A stretch of 64,000 bases of DNA from Glaucostegus cemiculus (Eukaryota), in contig CDPCPM010000014.1 of the NCBI GenBank assembly GCA_976551045.1, positions 38,068,001 to 38,132,000 of the forward strand, in the 5' to 3' direction. The notes under the pieces are model-generated. The model was not told where the DNA came from. It searched no databases and saw only the letters and a list, made by a program, of their open reading frames with translations. The position numbers were made by a program, and so were the translations under genes. The first letter of the stretch is position 1, and each line of letters starts with the position of its first letter. Shown one piece after another: positions 38,104 to 50,458 of the stretch.

Positions 38104-41100
38104 AGATTTCTGGACACAAATGACATCAAAGGGTTTAGGGAGAGAGTGAAAATTGTTTTGAAACTGAGGATCAGCCTTGGTTGTTTTCAGTGGTGCAGCA
38201 TGGTTGAAGGCTGAATGGCGTACTATTTTTCTGTGTAAACATTTGATAGATGCTATACAAGGTAAAATCATAAATGGTATCTTTAACTATCTTGTCTGTA
38301 TTGCTCAGCTACATATAATGAGGAATGGAAATTCTAAACTGAAAGACTTACATTTTGTAAATCACCCCAAGAAACAAGCATGACAGAAAAATAATGAGAA
38401 GTGGAAATTAAGAAGCTGGTGGAACCAGAAGCACAATCAAAATGATTTTTGTTTTAGCAGATCTTGAATTTAAAATATCATACCATCAGCGAAGAGGATT
38501 GGACTAGAGAGCAAACAATTGAGGACATTTTGTAATCCACTTCACTGACCGTTTAAGCTTTCCTTTTCAACTATTTAAACAAATTGAAGGATTAGTTAAA
38601 CGTACTTCTCTCTCACACCGTCACCTTCAGAAGTAACAACCCTCCTATCTGGCCTCCACCTAAAATGTCCAAGCATACATGTTTGCAAAATACCTGTAGC
38701 TCTCACATGGCATTAATCATGCTGAGTCACCTGCTCTCCTGATGTGTAAGATTTATTGTTTCCCTGTATTATGCAACTAATTGTCTCTTTCTGTGACCCA
38801 GCTTCATCTGCATAAAATAAAACTTTACTCCCGAGTCTTCAAAAAAAATATATTTAGTATTTGGTTCTCAATTTGGCACATAACGTCTGGAACTTTTCAT
38901 TTGTTCAACCTTCCCCTCATCTGAATCTTGGGTGCTCCATTCTTCAAAACAAAACCTTTGTTCTCTGTCATTCTAGCAGTTCTCCCAAGCCCAAGGAGCA
39001 AATGCACAATGTCTTAGTTGTCCTTTGTCAGATCATATTAATCTTTGATTTCCAGTGCAAAAGCTATGCTCTCATTGGTTATTTTAGAGACTCTATTGGC
39101 AGCTTTCAAGTTCTTCATTCCTCTCTACCCTCATGTTTATTTCTGAAGCATATAATTGCCCATGCTTCAGAATGAACAGTAATGAACACACCAAGACAAA
39201 AGGCAAAACACCCATGTGGATAGAAGAGTTCAGTATTTTCTAGGTTCTGGGCTTAAAATTTCTTTATCTTTGTGCAGCTTTTAATAACTACTTCATCCAT
39301 CATGTGGTTTCTCTGAGTCATAATGCCAGTTTATTGCCAATTAGTGTTGAATTTTTGTCGGCTTGGTGTTATAAGATTGTTATTAAGAATTGTCTAAGTT
39401 GCCAAATATGTTCCAATTGGGATCCTTTAAAGTCTAGAAAAGAGAGAGAATTTAATTTTATTAGCTCAGACTAGTTTTGAGCCAGATACCAGAAGGTAAA
39501 GCAAAATTTTGAGCTCAGTGCTCCATTTGAAGAACTTTAAAAAACAATGACTTTAAAAGAGAAATGTATTATATTATAAACTTTTTTTTTCCTTTACAAT
39601 ATTTAATTCACAATTTTTTGATTGTGTTGGTGATATCATAATTGTTGTGAAGAGGAAACAAAAAAGCCTAAACTGTAAGCTACTTTTAAAAGTTTTTTTT
39701 TTCTTTTCAGTGAAGCATCAATCATTATTGAGGAATGCATTTCAGAAACATGGTTATATTTAATACCTGTCAAATAAATTGACTGATTCACTGTCTCAAC
39801 AATACATTCATTGTCTATCAAATGTGATTAACTGTGGAGAGTACTCCTGTGATGCAGAAACAAATTAATTGAAACTTCTGTGATCAGCCTGTCAGCTGGA
39901 CCCCAACATACCTGGAAATATTGTGAGGGTGATTCTGATATATAGGTCCACCAGTGAGTTAAAATTGATTATATGGATGATATCAATAAACAGATGTGGG
40001 TTCAGGAGATATAATACTTGAGGATGTCACTTACTGTATAACACATCAGATTCATGTGATCAGTCCATTCATATCAGCTTTTCTTTTGCTCTTTTTGATG
40101 TTGAATCTGAGTGAATATCATTTGGCCATTCCAAGACCGGGTGTGAGACCATTACATGGGCTCATGCCTTGATTGCAGGGGAATGCCACTGTGATCCAAA
40201 TTAAGAAACAGACTTTCCTTTCAAATGTTCAAGTTTATTAATAACTTTATCTTTTTTGTTCTCTCCATATATTTTGTCTAACTGCAAGACTGTAACAAAG
40301 GACTGTCCAATGTTTGTGAAGGTCATGAATCTTATTTTAATTCGCAGATTAACTGTGCTGCCTACATTAGACAGGTGAATGTATATCATATAGCAATTTG
40401 CTTTTGAACTACAGCTTTTCATATTTTGGAGAAGCAGCTTTCAGTATCTACTTGGCAACTTAATTTGGATACGTGTCTGTGCAGACAATTGCATTCAGAT
40501 AAAATAATAGCTTGCAGGCTATGAGATAGGAAGTGGTAGTTGAATAAAAAGCTGTAAGTGAAAATGAAGCTTGACAATTTTAAACACCAATCAGGCCCCT
40601 GAGATTTAACTACTGCTTTGTTAGACAATGCAAAGTCATCAGTTTTTGGAAGTCCAGACCAGACTAATGTGAATCGTTTTTTTTCCAAGATAGTAAAGAG
40701 TGGGTTTGAAATAATTTTGATTCATCATAGCTGAATTTCTCTAAGTCTTAAGCACACAATCCCAGGATATTGAGCTTTAATCCTGATTGGGAACACCCAG
40801 CTGGTACTAGAACTAGGCGGATGGTAACTGACCTAGGACTGACTTATTGCTGACTGTGCATGTGTTCGATTCCTCAGTAGGGCATCCCTCAATTTGATGA
40901 AGATGTAATATAATGTACTGATTTTCCTTCAGATACTGTATCTGTTCCAAATTACAATAAAATTTAAAGCTTTAACATGCATTAGGTAATAATTTGAGAT
41001 GGTATTGTACATGCATAACAATGATTGACTCACAAAATATTTGGCCCATAGTTTTAAAAAAGGGCTTGTCTAATTGTCTTCCTTTATTCTTGAGAATGTA

Positions 41101-42707
41101 TCAGTTAAATGTTTCTATTTACTAGTAAAGCTTGGCAAAATTATTTTCTGGTTCTAGATTCTGTGGTTTCAACATATGCAATGCAATATGACTGAGATCC
41201 TCATTGAATTCAGTGTGCCAGTTGGATCCTTTGTTTTCTTCAGCAGCAAGCCTGTGGCACTTAGTATTCCAGGCAATCTTCTATCCTCGTACAGACCAGG
41301 CCTGCATCTGCTTACCTGGATGATGAGAAAATTGAGCCTAACGGTATAAGTAATATAGTGTAATACAAAGTGAAATACAATATTTAAATGTGCTACATTA
41401 CTTGACTGGAACCTTTATGATGATCATCACTTGGCTGATCTTCTAATATGCTCAATGTTATCTTGGATACCAAATATACATTGTAATTTTACTATTTGAT
41501 GGACTCTGCATGATGTTGACCCAGGTTTTGCAAGGTTTTGCTTTCAGTTGCAGCTTGAGCACTACCAAGTTTCAGGACTCTCATGCAAATGTGGTAGCTT
41601 AGAACTTACTTGCCAAGATGTGCCAGCCATTTCCTGGCTGCCGTCCACCCCTGGGCTCTGCATGGAGTTCAGCAGAAGAGCAGGGCTTGTTGAGACTTCC
41701 CAGCATTTAGGCTGGGAAACTGCTCTAGGTTCCTGTGGCAGGTTAGACATAGCAGAGAATTCTCCAGCCCATTTGCTTGAATGGGGATTGTGGTGCTGTG
41801 GGGAAGAATAAGTTAAGTTAAATTTCTTAATTATTCCTATTTGATTTTGTGTTTTAATTATTTGTAGTTATTTTAACAAAATTATTATCATTTTAATATT
41901 TTGAATGTTTATTACCTTTTAAATACTTATGAATGTCCAAAACATTCAAATGCATTGAACAGCCTTATCAGCTTTAGGAAAGCTGGATGCAGGAGCTTTG
42001 TCATCTGTCATGGGTTTCCTGAGAAGTTTTGTGGAAGGGGCTTGGGTACATCGATCGAGGCAATGCCCCTGATCAGGCTCTGGCGCTCTTCGAGTTTCAG
42101 AGAAGATTAAGTTCAGAAAATGGAGAGCATGGCAGCAGTTGCTACTCAAGAAGATCCATGCCTCTATATTTTCTTGTTTTCTGGGAGTGGGATACACATA
42201 TTTTCATCAGGTTCTGAATATTTAAGTCTAATGTTAATGCTTCTCTAACTTGCTATACCAGTGATTGATTAATGATATAATCCAAAATTAGAATTCATTT
42301 GAAGACTAAATTATTTTATTCCCCTGCTGCCAGATGTTTTCAGTAAGATCACTACCATCATTCTTAAGTTTTATTCATATTCTTGTTATTCATGTAGCTG
42401 GATATTACGTGCTCATGGTACAGTCTTGACAGAACTTGTATTTAAGTGGCATCTTCTGACTTCAAGGTATTTCAAAGCATGATAAAATAAATTTTGTTGT
42501 TTTGAAGCATTACCGCCATTGTAATGTAGTTAAACAAAGAGACTGATTCCCAAACAGTGTCAGCAATATGGGGCTAGGTGTATATATTCTATGTTATTGC
42601 AGCAGTGCTTTCCATTCCACTTAAGAAATCGAAATGAGTTTCATCAACAGTAGATTGCACAACTGTTGCTACATAATGCATTTGTTTCTAGGCAACAAGT
42701 ATTATAA

Positions 42708-43595
42708 CTAAAATAAAAACACAAAATATTGGAAATCAGCTGGTTAGGCAGCATCTGCGCAAAGAGAAGCAGAGTAAATATTTTGGATCAATGACCTTTC
42801 CTCAGAAGTGAGAAAGGTTGGAATTTAATTGTTCTTTAAAGTTGCAGTGAAAAGGAGGGGTGGTGAACACAAAGGAATGGAATTGTAATTGGTTTATTAT
42901 TGTCACTTGTGCTGACTTACAGTGAAAAACTTGTCTTGCAAACAGTTCATACAGATCAGTTCATTACAGTGCATTGAGATAGTACAAGGTAAAACAATAA
43001 CAGAATACAGAATAAAGTGTAACAGCTACAGAGAAAATGCAGTGCAGGTAGACAGTAAGGTGCATGTTCATAACAAAGTAGACTGTATGGTCAAGAGTCC
43101 ACCTTGTCATACTAGGGAACCGTTCAATAGTCTTATAACAGCAGGATAGGAGTTGTCCTTGAGCCTGGTGGTACATGCTTTCGGTTTTTTGTAAATTCTG
43201 CCCAATGGGACAGGGGAGAAGAGGTGGCTGGGGTCTTTATTTTTGCTGGCTGCTTTACTGAGGCAGTGAGGAGTGCAGACAGAGTCCATTGGAGAGGAGG
43301 CTGTTTTCCATCTGTGATAGGATGAAGATGTGATGGAGTTTCAGCCAAGAGTGGGTGGTGACAGCTTGATAAATGCGGATGATCTATTTGGAGGAGATGT
43401 AAATAGAAGGAAATAAATAAAAACAGAGGGAAGAGGAGAAAAAAAATCAATCTTCAGATTGTGCATAGAGCTGATACTGAGGAGGATAATTAAGACTGCA
43501 GGGACCAGTTTTGACAAAGAGACCTCAACATAAGACATCAATCTGTTCTCTCCACTGATGCAACCTGACCTACTGAGAGCTTCCAGCATTTTCTA
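42708..43595. mobile_element. Penelope-derived element with inverted termini, interrupted by a Rex1/Babar insertion
   Basis: Left acaaaatattgg...ggttaggcagcatctg...atgacctttcctcagaa; right atctgttctctccactgatgcaacctgacc...tccagcattttct. Confidence 0.7.
42880..43318 (-). mobile_element. Rex1/Babar 3' fragment
   Basis: CLSKAASKNKDPSH...TTRLKDNSYPAVIRLLN (ORF 43107) plus 3' UTR. Confidence 0.9.
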
Positions 43596-44134
43596 TTCCT
43601 GGTCTTGAGGTTGAAACAGTACTCTGAGTGCCAGCATAGTCTACCCAGTGGCCTGAGTGTTACAATTACCCTCACCCCTTGGGAGGGCAGCAGGTCACCT
43701 GCCATTACAGTCTCTCAGATATCACACTTGCGTTTAGCTGGCTATAGGACTGCTCCCTAAGATGGCCCTCAGCAGCACTCTGAAGTTGGCCCATTGCAAG
43801 CAAGAGCTAGTCAGGTACGTACCCATCAAGGACATCTGTGTGAGCTCTAAAGGAAAGCGAGCTCATCTGCAGTCACAGAAAGGGCACTAACATTTCAAAA
43901 CTTGTGGATAAGATAGTGAAACGGGAAGGAGTCTGGGATGTTGAACTTTCAACCAAAACATTATGATTTATTTTATTTTTGAATCATTCACTCTTTTATT
44001 GTTATAAATGAACTGTTATAAATTGTTATGAATAAATTCTGAACTCATGCAATTCAACTGTGAACTGAGATAAGTGACACTGCTTGAGTGGCTGCTAGCA
44101 TTGCAGTACACCCTCTAGAAAGGTTGCTAATTTT

Positions 44135-44225
44135 TGAAGTCTCCTGGGATCAAAGGTGACTTGCTGCCACTCTGACTTTGTGAGTTCTAAGGTGGCTAAT
44201 GTAGCTGGCAAGGTGTGGAAATTGC
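44135..44225 (-). mobile_element. RTE 3' end
   Basis: YISHLRTHK in ORF 44150-44350, followed by the RTE terminus. Confidence 0.7.
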
Positions 44226-44309
44226 CTCTGAAGCACCCCTGACAGCAACAAAGCTAGAGGCAATGCTTTATCACCCCAGGGAGCCACACGTGTGGCATCG
44301 GTGTTGTTC

Positions 44310-44421
44310 TGTACATATAAAACGGTAACACTAAGAATGGAACTGTACACAAATGTAATGATTTGAACTGTTATTACTGTATATATTTTTTTTATGAGTA
44401 AAGTTTATTTTGTTAAAAAAA
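44310..44421 (+). mobile_element. Tx1-like 3' tail
   Basis: ttttatgagtaaagtttattttgttaaaaaaa resembles the reverse complement of the tail at 10830-10860. Confidence 0.5.
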
Positions 44422-45514
44422 TGCTTTGCCTGCTTTGAAACTCAGTTATTCAACTTTTTTAAGCAGAAGTTAACAAAATACATGGAAATACATGAATAAT
44501 TAAAGCATGAAACAGATGCAAAATAAGTTTAAAATAAGTAACTTTCTTACTCTTTGCCTCTGGAAATCTTTGCCTGGAATGGGAATTCCTATTAAGATTA
44601 ATCTCTGTCATTGGATAACAGTTGCAGAATGAATTGACAAATTGGACCTTTAGAATACGTTCCAGACTTTCATGTTTCACAGCACATGCACATAAGTCTG
44701 AGACTTATGGCTTTTAAAGAGCGATGTACTCGTGGTTCCAATTGGAACTGCTGTTACAACTCCACCTGATCTGGTCCATAATGTTTCTAAGTAAATAAAT
44801 GTTGATTGGACAGAGAAATGAAAGTACTCAGATTTAACTTTTCTTCAACTAATAGATAATCAGGATTTGGTTCATAGGAAGGTTTTTATAAAGATAGGAG
44901 TAATTTGAATGAACTCTTTGAACTGAATGAGGATCAGAGAGAGATTTGATTTGCTTGTCAGATCTTTATTGGTCTTTACCTTCAATAAGAGAAGACTGCA
45001 TGAATCATTACTGAAAATTCAAAAAGCTGTGTTCAGAGCATTTCAATCTGTGAAAATAGAAATGCATTTTGATGAAGGTCATACTTGGGTCTCCATAAAC
45101 CTAATAAAGCAAGACGCTAATCCCTTTAGTGTGTCTGTTCTGAGAACATTCTGAGCTGTAAGCAGAATTTTCATGGCACACCTCATCTGGTTTGCTTCAT
45201 TTACTACACTATTGTTTGTTTGTTTTTTAAGTGTAATTTCCCGCACCACATTAACTCCACACATTTACACCACCATTTATGCATCCAAAACAAAGTACAT
45301 GCACAGAATATGCTCCAAACCCACTGCCCCCTTATTGCACCTCTCAGTAATTTTCATCAGGGTCACAATCATTTTCAGTCATTCCCAGAATAAAACTAAA
45401 TCAACACTGACCATTCATAAATGAACCACGACAAAACTTCTTTACCATGTGTATGAGCAAGGCGAATAATTAGACCAAAAGATATTGATGTGTTTAAGCA
45501 CAGGTTCAAATAAT

Positions 45515-45968
45515 TCAGTGGAGAGCATCCTGACTTGTTACATCACAGCCTGGTATGGAGGCTCCAGTGCAAAGGATCGCAAGAGGCTGCAGAGGGTTAT
45601 AGACTTAGACAGCTCCATCACGGACACAACCCTCCCACCACTGAGGACATCTTCAAGAGACAGTACCTCAAGAGAGCAGCATCTATCATTAAGGACCTTC
45701 ACCATCCGGGACATGCCCTCTTCTCATTACTACGATTGAGGAGGAGATACAGGAGCCTGAAGACCCAAACTTAACGATTCAGGAACAGCTTCTTCCCTTC
45801 AGATGTCAGATTTCTGAATGATCATGAATACTACCTCATTTTTCCTTTTTTTTGCACTATTTATTTACTTATATAATTTATTGGTTTTATGTCTTTGCAC
45901 TGTATTGCTGCCACAAAGCAACAAATTTCTCATCATATGTCAGTGATAAGAAACCTGATTCTGATTCT
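45515..45968 (+). mobile_element. Rex1/Babar 3' fragment (second subfamily)
   Basis: VESILTCYITAWYG...KRLQRVI and RAASIIKDLHHPGHALF; tail ctgattctgattct. Confidence 0.92.
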
Positions 45969-46202
45969 AATTTATTTTCTAAGTTATATAATTTAGCAAT
46001 GTTTGCTTCGTGTTTTAGTGGTTTACTGATTCTTCTTTTCGAGTAGGGCTAATGGTAAAACCCGACGGCGAAAAGATAACACTATTCTGTTAAATGTATC
46101 ATCATCCCACAGCCTGTCTCTGTCAAGGGTATGAGTTCAATGTGAGCATTCAGAATAGGAAGTCTTGTATTGGACAAAGAGAGGACAATGATCACCTATC
46201 AA

Positions 46203-46762
46203 ATTCTCTCATAATCAAAGACCCCACCGACCCAAAACATTCTCTTATAATTAAAGACCCCACCCACCCGGGACATTCTCTCTTCTCTCCTCTTCCATTG
46301 GGTAGAAGATACAGGAGCCTGAGGGCACATACCTCCAGACTTAAGGACAGCTTCTACCCCACTGTGATAAGACTATTGAATGGTTCCCTTATACAATGAG
46401 ATGGACAATAACCTCACGATCTATCTTGTTGTGACCTTGCATCTTATTGCACTGCATTTTCTCTGTAGCTGTGACACTTTACTGTTATTGTTTTTACCTG
46501 TACTACATCAATGCACTCTGTACTAACTCAATGTATCTGCACTGTGTAATGAATTGACCTGTATGATTGGTTTGTAAGACAAGCTTTTCACTGTACCTCG
46601 GTACAAGTGACAATAATAAACCAATACCAAGGCCAATACCTCAGTGCACTCTGTACTACCTCAATGCACTGTGTAATGAATTGGTCTGTACGAATAGTAT
46701 GCAATGCAAGTTTTTCACTGTACCTCGGTATAAGTGACAATAATAAACCAATGCCAATTCCA
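46203..46762 (+). mobile_element. Rex1/Babar 3' fragment with duplicated 5' junction and double tail
   Basis: IIKDPTHPGHSLFSPLPLGRRYRSLRAHTSRLKDSFYPTVIRLLN; 36-bp repeat at 46203-46282; two tails ending about 46630 and 46760. Confidence 0.92.
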
Positions 46763-48554
46763 AAATTGTTAAGTTCAAAGAGTCAGGAGCTGAGACTAGA
46801 CTCCGATAATCCAGCATGATGATGCCCTGGCATCTGGCTCACTCATTAGTCCTGAATGTGAGCCAGGGGTCCAGAGTTCAAGTAGGGTGTGCGGCCAGAG
46901 CCAGAAGTCTGGAATGCAGCTGGGATCTGGATGGTGAGCATGGTGTGCAGCAAAGCTGGAGTTTAGGGTCTGCAGCGAGAACATGGGCGGCTTTGCAGCA
47001 GGAGCTGGGGTCCAGAATGCTTGTGTATTTCCCACTCCCTTTAAACTCAGTGGGTTTACTGGAAAATTTATGAAGCTAATGTGTAATAAGTAAAAAAAAA
47101 GTAAAAATATATTGGGATGTTAAGAGGAGTAACATTCAATAGTTTAGAAAATCTGCTTGTCCAGCATTGCCAAAGTCCCAAGGGTACCAGGTCATCAGAG
47201 TTTTATTGTATACAGAATATAGAGGAGGTTGGCCCCAGGCAGGCATGCAGTTTGGGAAAACAGCCTTTGTACACTTCAATTCATCAGTTTGAAAAGGGCA
47301 ACTAGGGTGCTGGGCTCTTCCTGTGTAACCATCTCGTTACTGTTTTAACACTTACTGCTTTATTTTCATGTAAACATTGAGTCCTGATATTCCCATTGAG
47401 GGAAGTGTTGGAGGGAATAACATTCCCATGTTGGTTTGGACTTGAATTTGCACCAGTAGTGGAATTTAATAAGCTACAGTACCTCATTGTTACAGTTGTG
47501 TGTGTTTCTTCAAATCTTTCAAACAATTCTGCATACTTATTCAGTGGTTTAGTGTGACAGTGTTAGTTTGAGTAAAGCCCCTGTGGAACTACGTTGCAGA
47601 GTATGCCGTTGTCTTCAGAAGTACAGTGAGATCTGAAGTTGAATTGTTGCTTCAGGAATTAACTTATTCCATTTTAATCTTTTTAGCTAAATATGCTCAA
47701 TATCCTGAAAGGATCAAATACATTGCATCAATGCAGTATGTGAGAGAGTTGCTTCTTTTTAATAACTCTTCTGTCTAAGGTGCTAAGATAAAAGGCTTTG
47801 CATGATCTTTTAGTGTGAGGATCAAGTAAATGGTGATAATTTTAGGTAGAATTCCCAATTCCCAATTATCGGTTTTTGACATCCACCCAGTGCTGCGGAC
47901 TGTCCTTGAATAAAAACAAGGACTGTAAAAACTAACATATTTCCCCAATATTAAATCCTATCTGTTCAAGCTATGGTAAGGATGTATTCAGTTTAAGAAA
48001 AGCACTTGTGTGTCTGAGAACTGTTCTATATAGATAACTGAGAGTACAATGATTCCACAAGTGACTGGAATTTTAAATTATTTCTGCCTCCACGTAAGGA
48101 GGGCACAGATGCTTGTCAGTTTTCTCCATGCTGCCTTCCCTTGTGTGTGCATATTGTATTTTGAGGCTCACTATTAAGACTTGTTTTTGAATAAGAACTT
48201 TGATTTTGCTTAATTTCTATATTCCAATATGTTACCTTTGATCGTGTAGTTTTAGAGGGATGATAAATTAGCTTCGAAAGAAGTGGAAGAGATAATTTTA
48301 CTTCTAAACCACACAGTTATATGAGTGGAAGGTTTTGTTTAAAATCAAAAATAAAGATGTTAACTACATTTTTATTTATTCAGATGTATTTAGCATTTAA
48401 ACACTGTTGTTCAGAAGTACCTAGTTCTTCTTTGCTGAGGCTGGGAATGAGAGTTTGGCTACAAGCTTCGGTCTTTGGCATTGCAGCCCAGCATTTAAAG
48501 AAGTGGTTGGAAAAAACCAGCAGCTTGCTGGATGGGGTTGGAATTGTTTGAAGG

Positions 48555-48702
48555 TCTATTCAAAAAATAGTGATCTGGATATTAAAAGAATCAAGGGATA
48601 TGGGGATAGTGCAGGAAAATGGTGCTGAGGTAGAACAACTATTAACAACAGAGTAGACAAGAAGGGCCAGATGGCCTATTCTTGCTTCTAATTGTTATGT
48701 TT
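48555..48702 (+). mobile_element. CR1 3' end
   Basis: gaatcaagggatatggggatagtgcaggaaaatgg...gggccagatggcctattcttgct. Confidence 0.8.
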
Positions 48703-48788
48703 TAAGTGGAGGTACTTACAGAAAACTTGAAACTTCTTTTTCAGCATTACATAATTGAACATCGAAGGTTAAACATTGTTAGCGGTTG

Positions 48789-49036
48789 CTGTCATGACTG
48801 CTGGTCATTGGGCTAGATATTTTTTGCTTCTGTATTTTTTTAATTAGAGTATTTAATAACCATTGGGTTGCCTTGTTTTAGCAGCAATAGAAATAATTAC
48901 TTCAGAAATAAACTGTCATGACTGCTGGTCATTGGGCTAGATATTTTTTGCTTCTGTATTTTTTTAATCAGAGTATTTAATAACCATTGGGTTGCCTTGT
49001 TTTAGCAGCAATAGAAATAATTACTTCAGAAATAAA
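48789..49036. repeat. Tandem duplication, 2 x 124 bp
   Basis: 48789-48912 versus 48913-49036, one mismatch (taatt/taatc). Confidence 0.97.
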
Positions 49037-50337
49037 TTTAACAGATTTTCAGCACTTAAAAAATCAGTTCCAGAGATCCAGAGAGAACTATAATCTGGCT
49101 TCGAGTTCCAAGCCCGATGGGATCCATTGATGTGTGTCAGATTCAGGTCAGGTTCCATGTATGCCCTGACAAAAAAGTTTAGGTTTGGATCATTCTGAGC
49201 AGTGTTTACCCGGCTCAGTATTTGTGGTGGTCAGGATAATTTGCTTAGTATTATCATATGTATTGATCAATATTTGGAGTTTCATCCTCAAACAGATCAA
49301 TAGCATGCTTAAGGTTGCTATTTACGGGATGATGTTCAGGTTAGGATAGATGTAGAAAAACTCTGACACCTTGGGTTGAGTTCAGATTGGCCACGGTTGC
49401 ATCTGGAGCAGACCTTGACTTCAAATTAACCAATTGGATCAAGAAATGACTTCAGTATTAAGAAGAGAGACAGAATTGCTATAGAAGTAACTAAATTAAA
49501 CATGACCACTATTATTAGTGCATGAAAACAGCAATTTGTGATGAGAGATATCCCTTTAGTTACAACTCGTCACAGATTGCTGGAGAATTTGCAAACTCTA
49601 CTACTGGCCTTAAGAAAATGAAAGACTGCTGTTAATCTCACCATTGACATTCTGGACATTTCTGGACTTGTGCCATAAATATAAATTAAACTTGGCACAG
49701 CCATACATGACTGGTAATTCATGTTGCAGCAATCCTGTTAGGGATATAATTTATTTCCCTAACTTGCCACATGACCTTGGAGGCCCAGGAAATGAATCAT
49801 AAACTCTCACATTGAGCAAATTGTTTCTGGAGGTTTTCAAAATGTAATTTTTAAAATATCTTTATTTTCCTTTTGTCTCTGGCTCTCAATGTTATTTTTC
49901 TCTTAGAATAGGACATGAATGACAGTCTATTCTGCAATAAATTTGGCATCTTTCTCTATCCTTAAATCCCATTGACTCAATGTGTATCAAGTTGTCAATG
50001 CCCCCACTGACATCCCTGTCATAGTTTTAGCATTTGTAATGCAGAAATAATACAGTCTGAATGATGAGGTAAATATCCAGCTCATGACGCTCATTGCAAG
50101 TTATTTTGGGTCAGTAGTCACTTGAGCTCTACCAGTAGCTCAGTTGGCAAATGTACAAGCTCAGGTCATGCCAGGCCTGTCTGACTGTTGACTTCCATTC
50201 TTTGCAGCTTCAGCTGATCTCATCTGTGTTGGTGGTTGATGTGCTTCAATCAAATTCAGCACCCATGGGTTAAGGAATGGAAAATTTTCCTCCAGGTCCT
50301 GTTTTTGATTGTCTCTGAACCACCCACCAATCATATA

Positions 50338-50458
50338 TCTGACAAAGGATCTTAAGTTTGTAGCATTATCTCTGTTTTACTTTTCACAGATATTGCCTGA
50401 TCTGCTGGGTGTTTCTAGCATTTTTTGCTTTTGTTTCAGATTTCCAGCATCTGCAGCC
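50338..50458 (+). mobile_element. Penelope-like terminal repeat fragment
   Basis: tctgacaaagg...ttcacagatattgcctgatctgctgggtgtttctagcattttttgcttttgtttcagatttccagcatctgcag. Confidence 0.7.

Noticed and set aside
49090-49420. Possible decayed DNA-transposon MITE with repeated GGTT/GGTC motifs
   Set aside because: Could not define TIRs or a TSD by eye.
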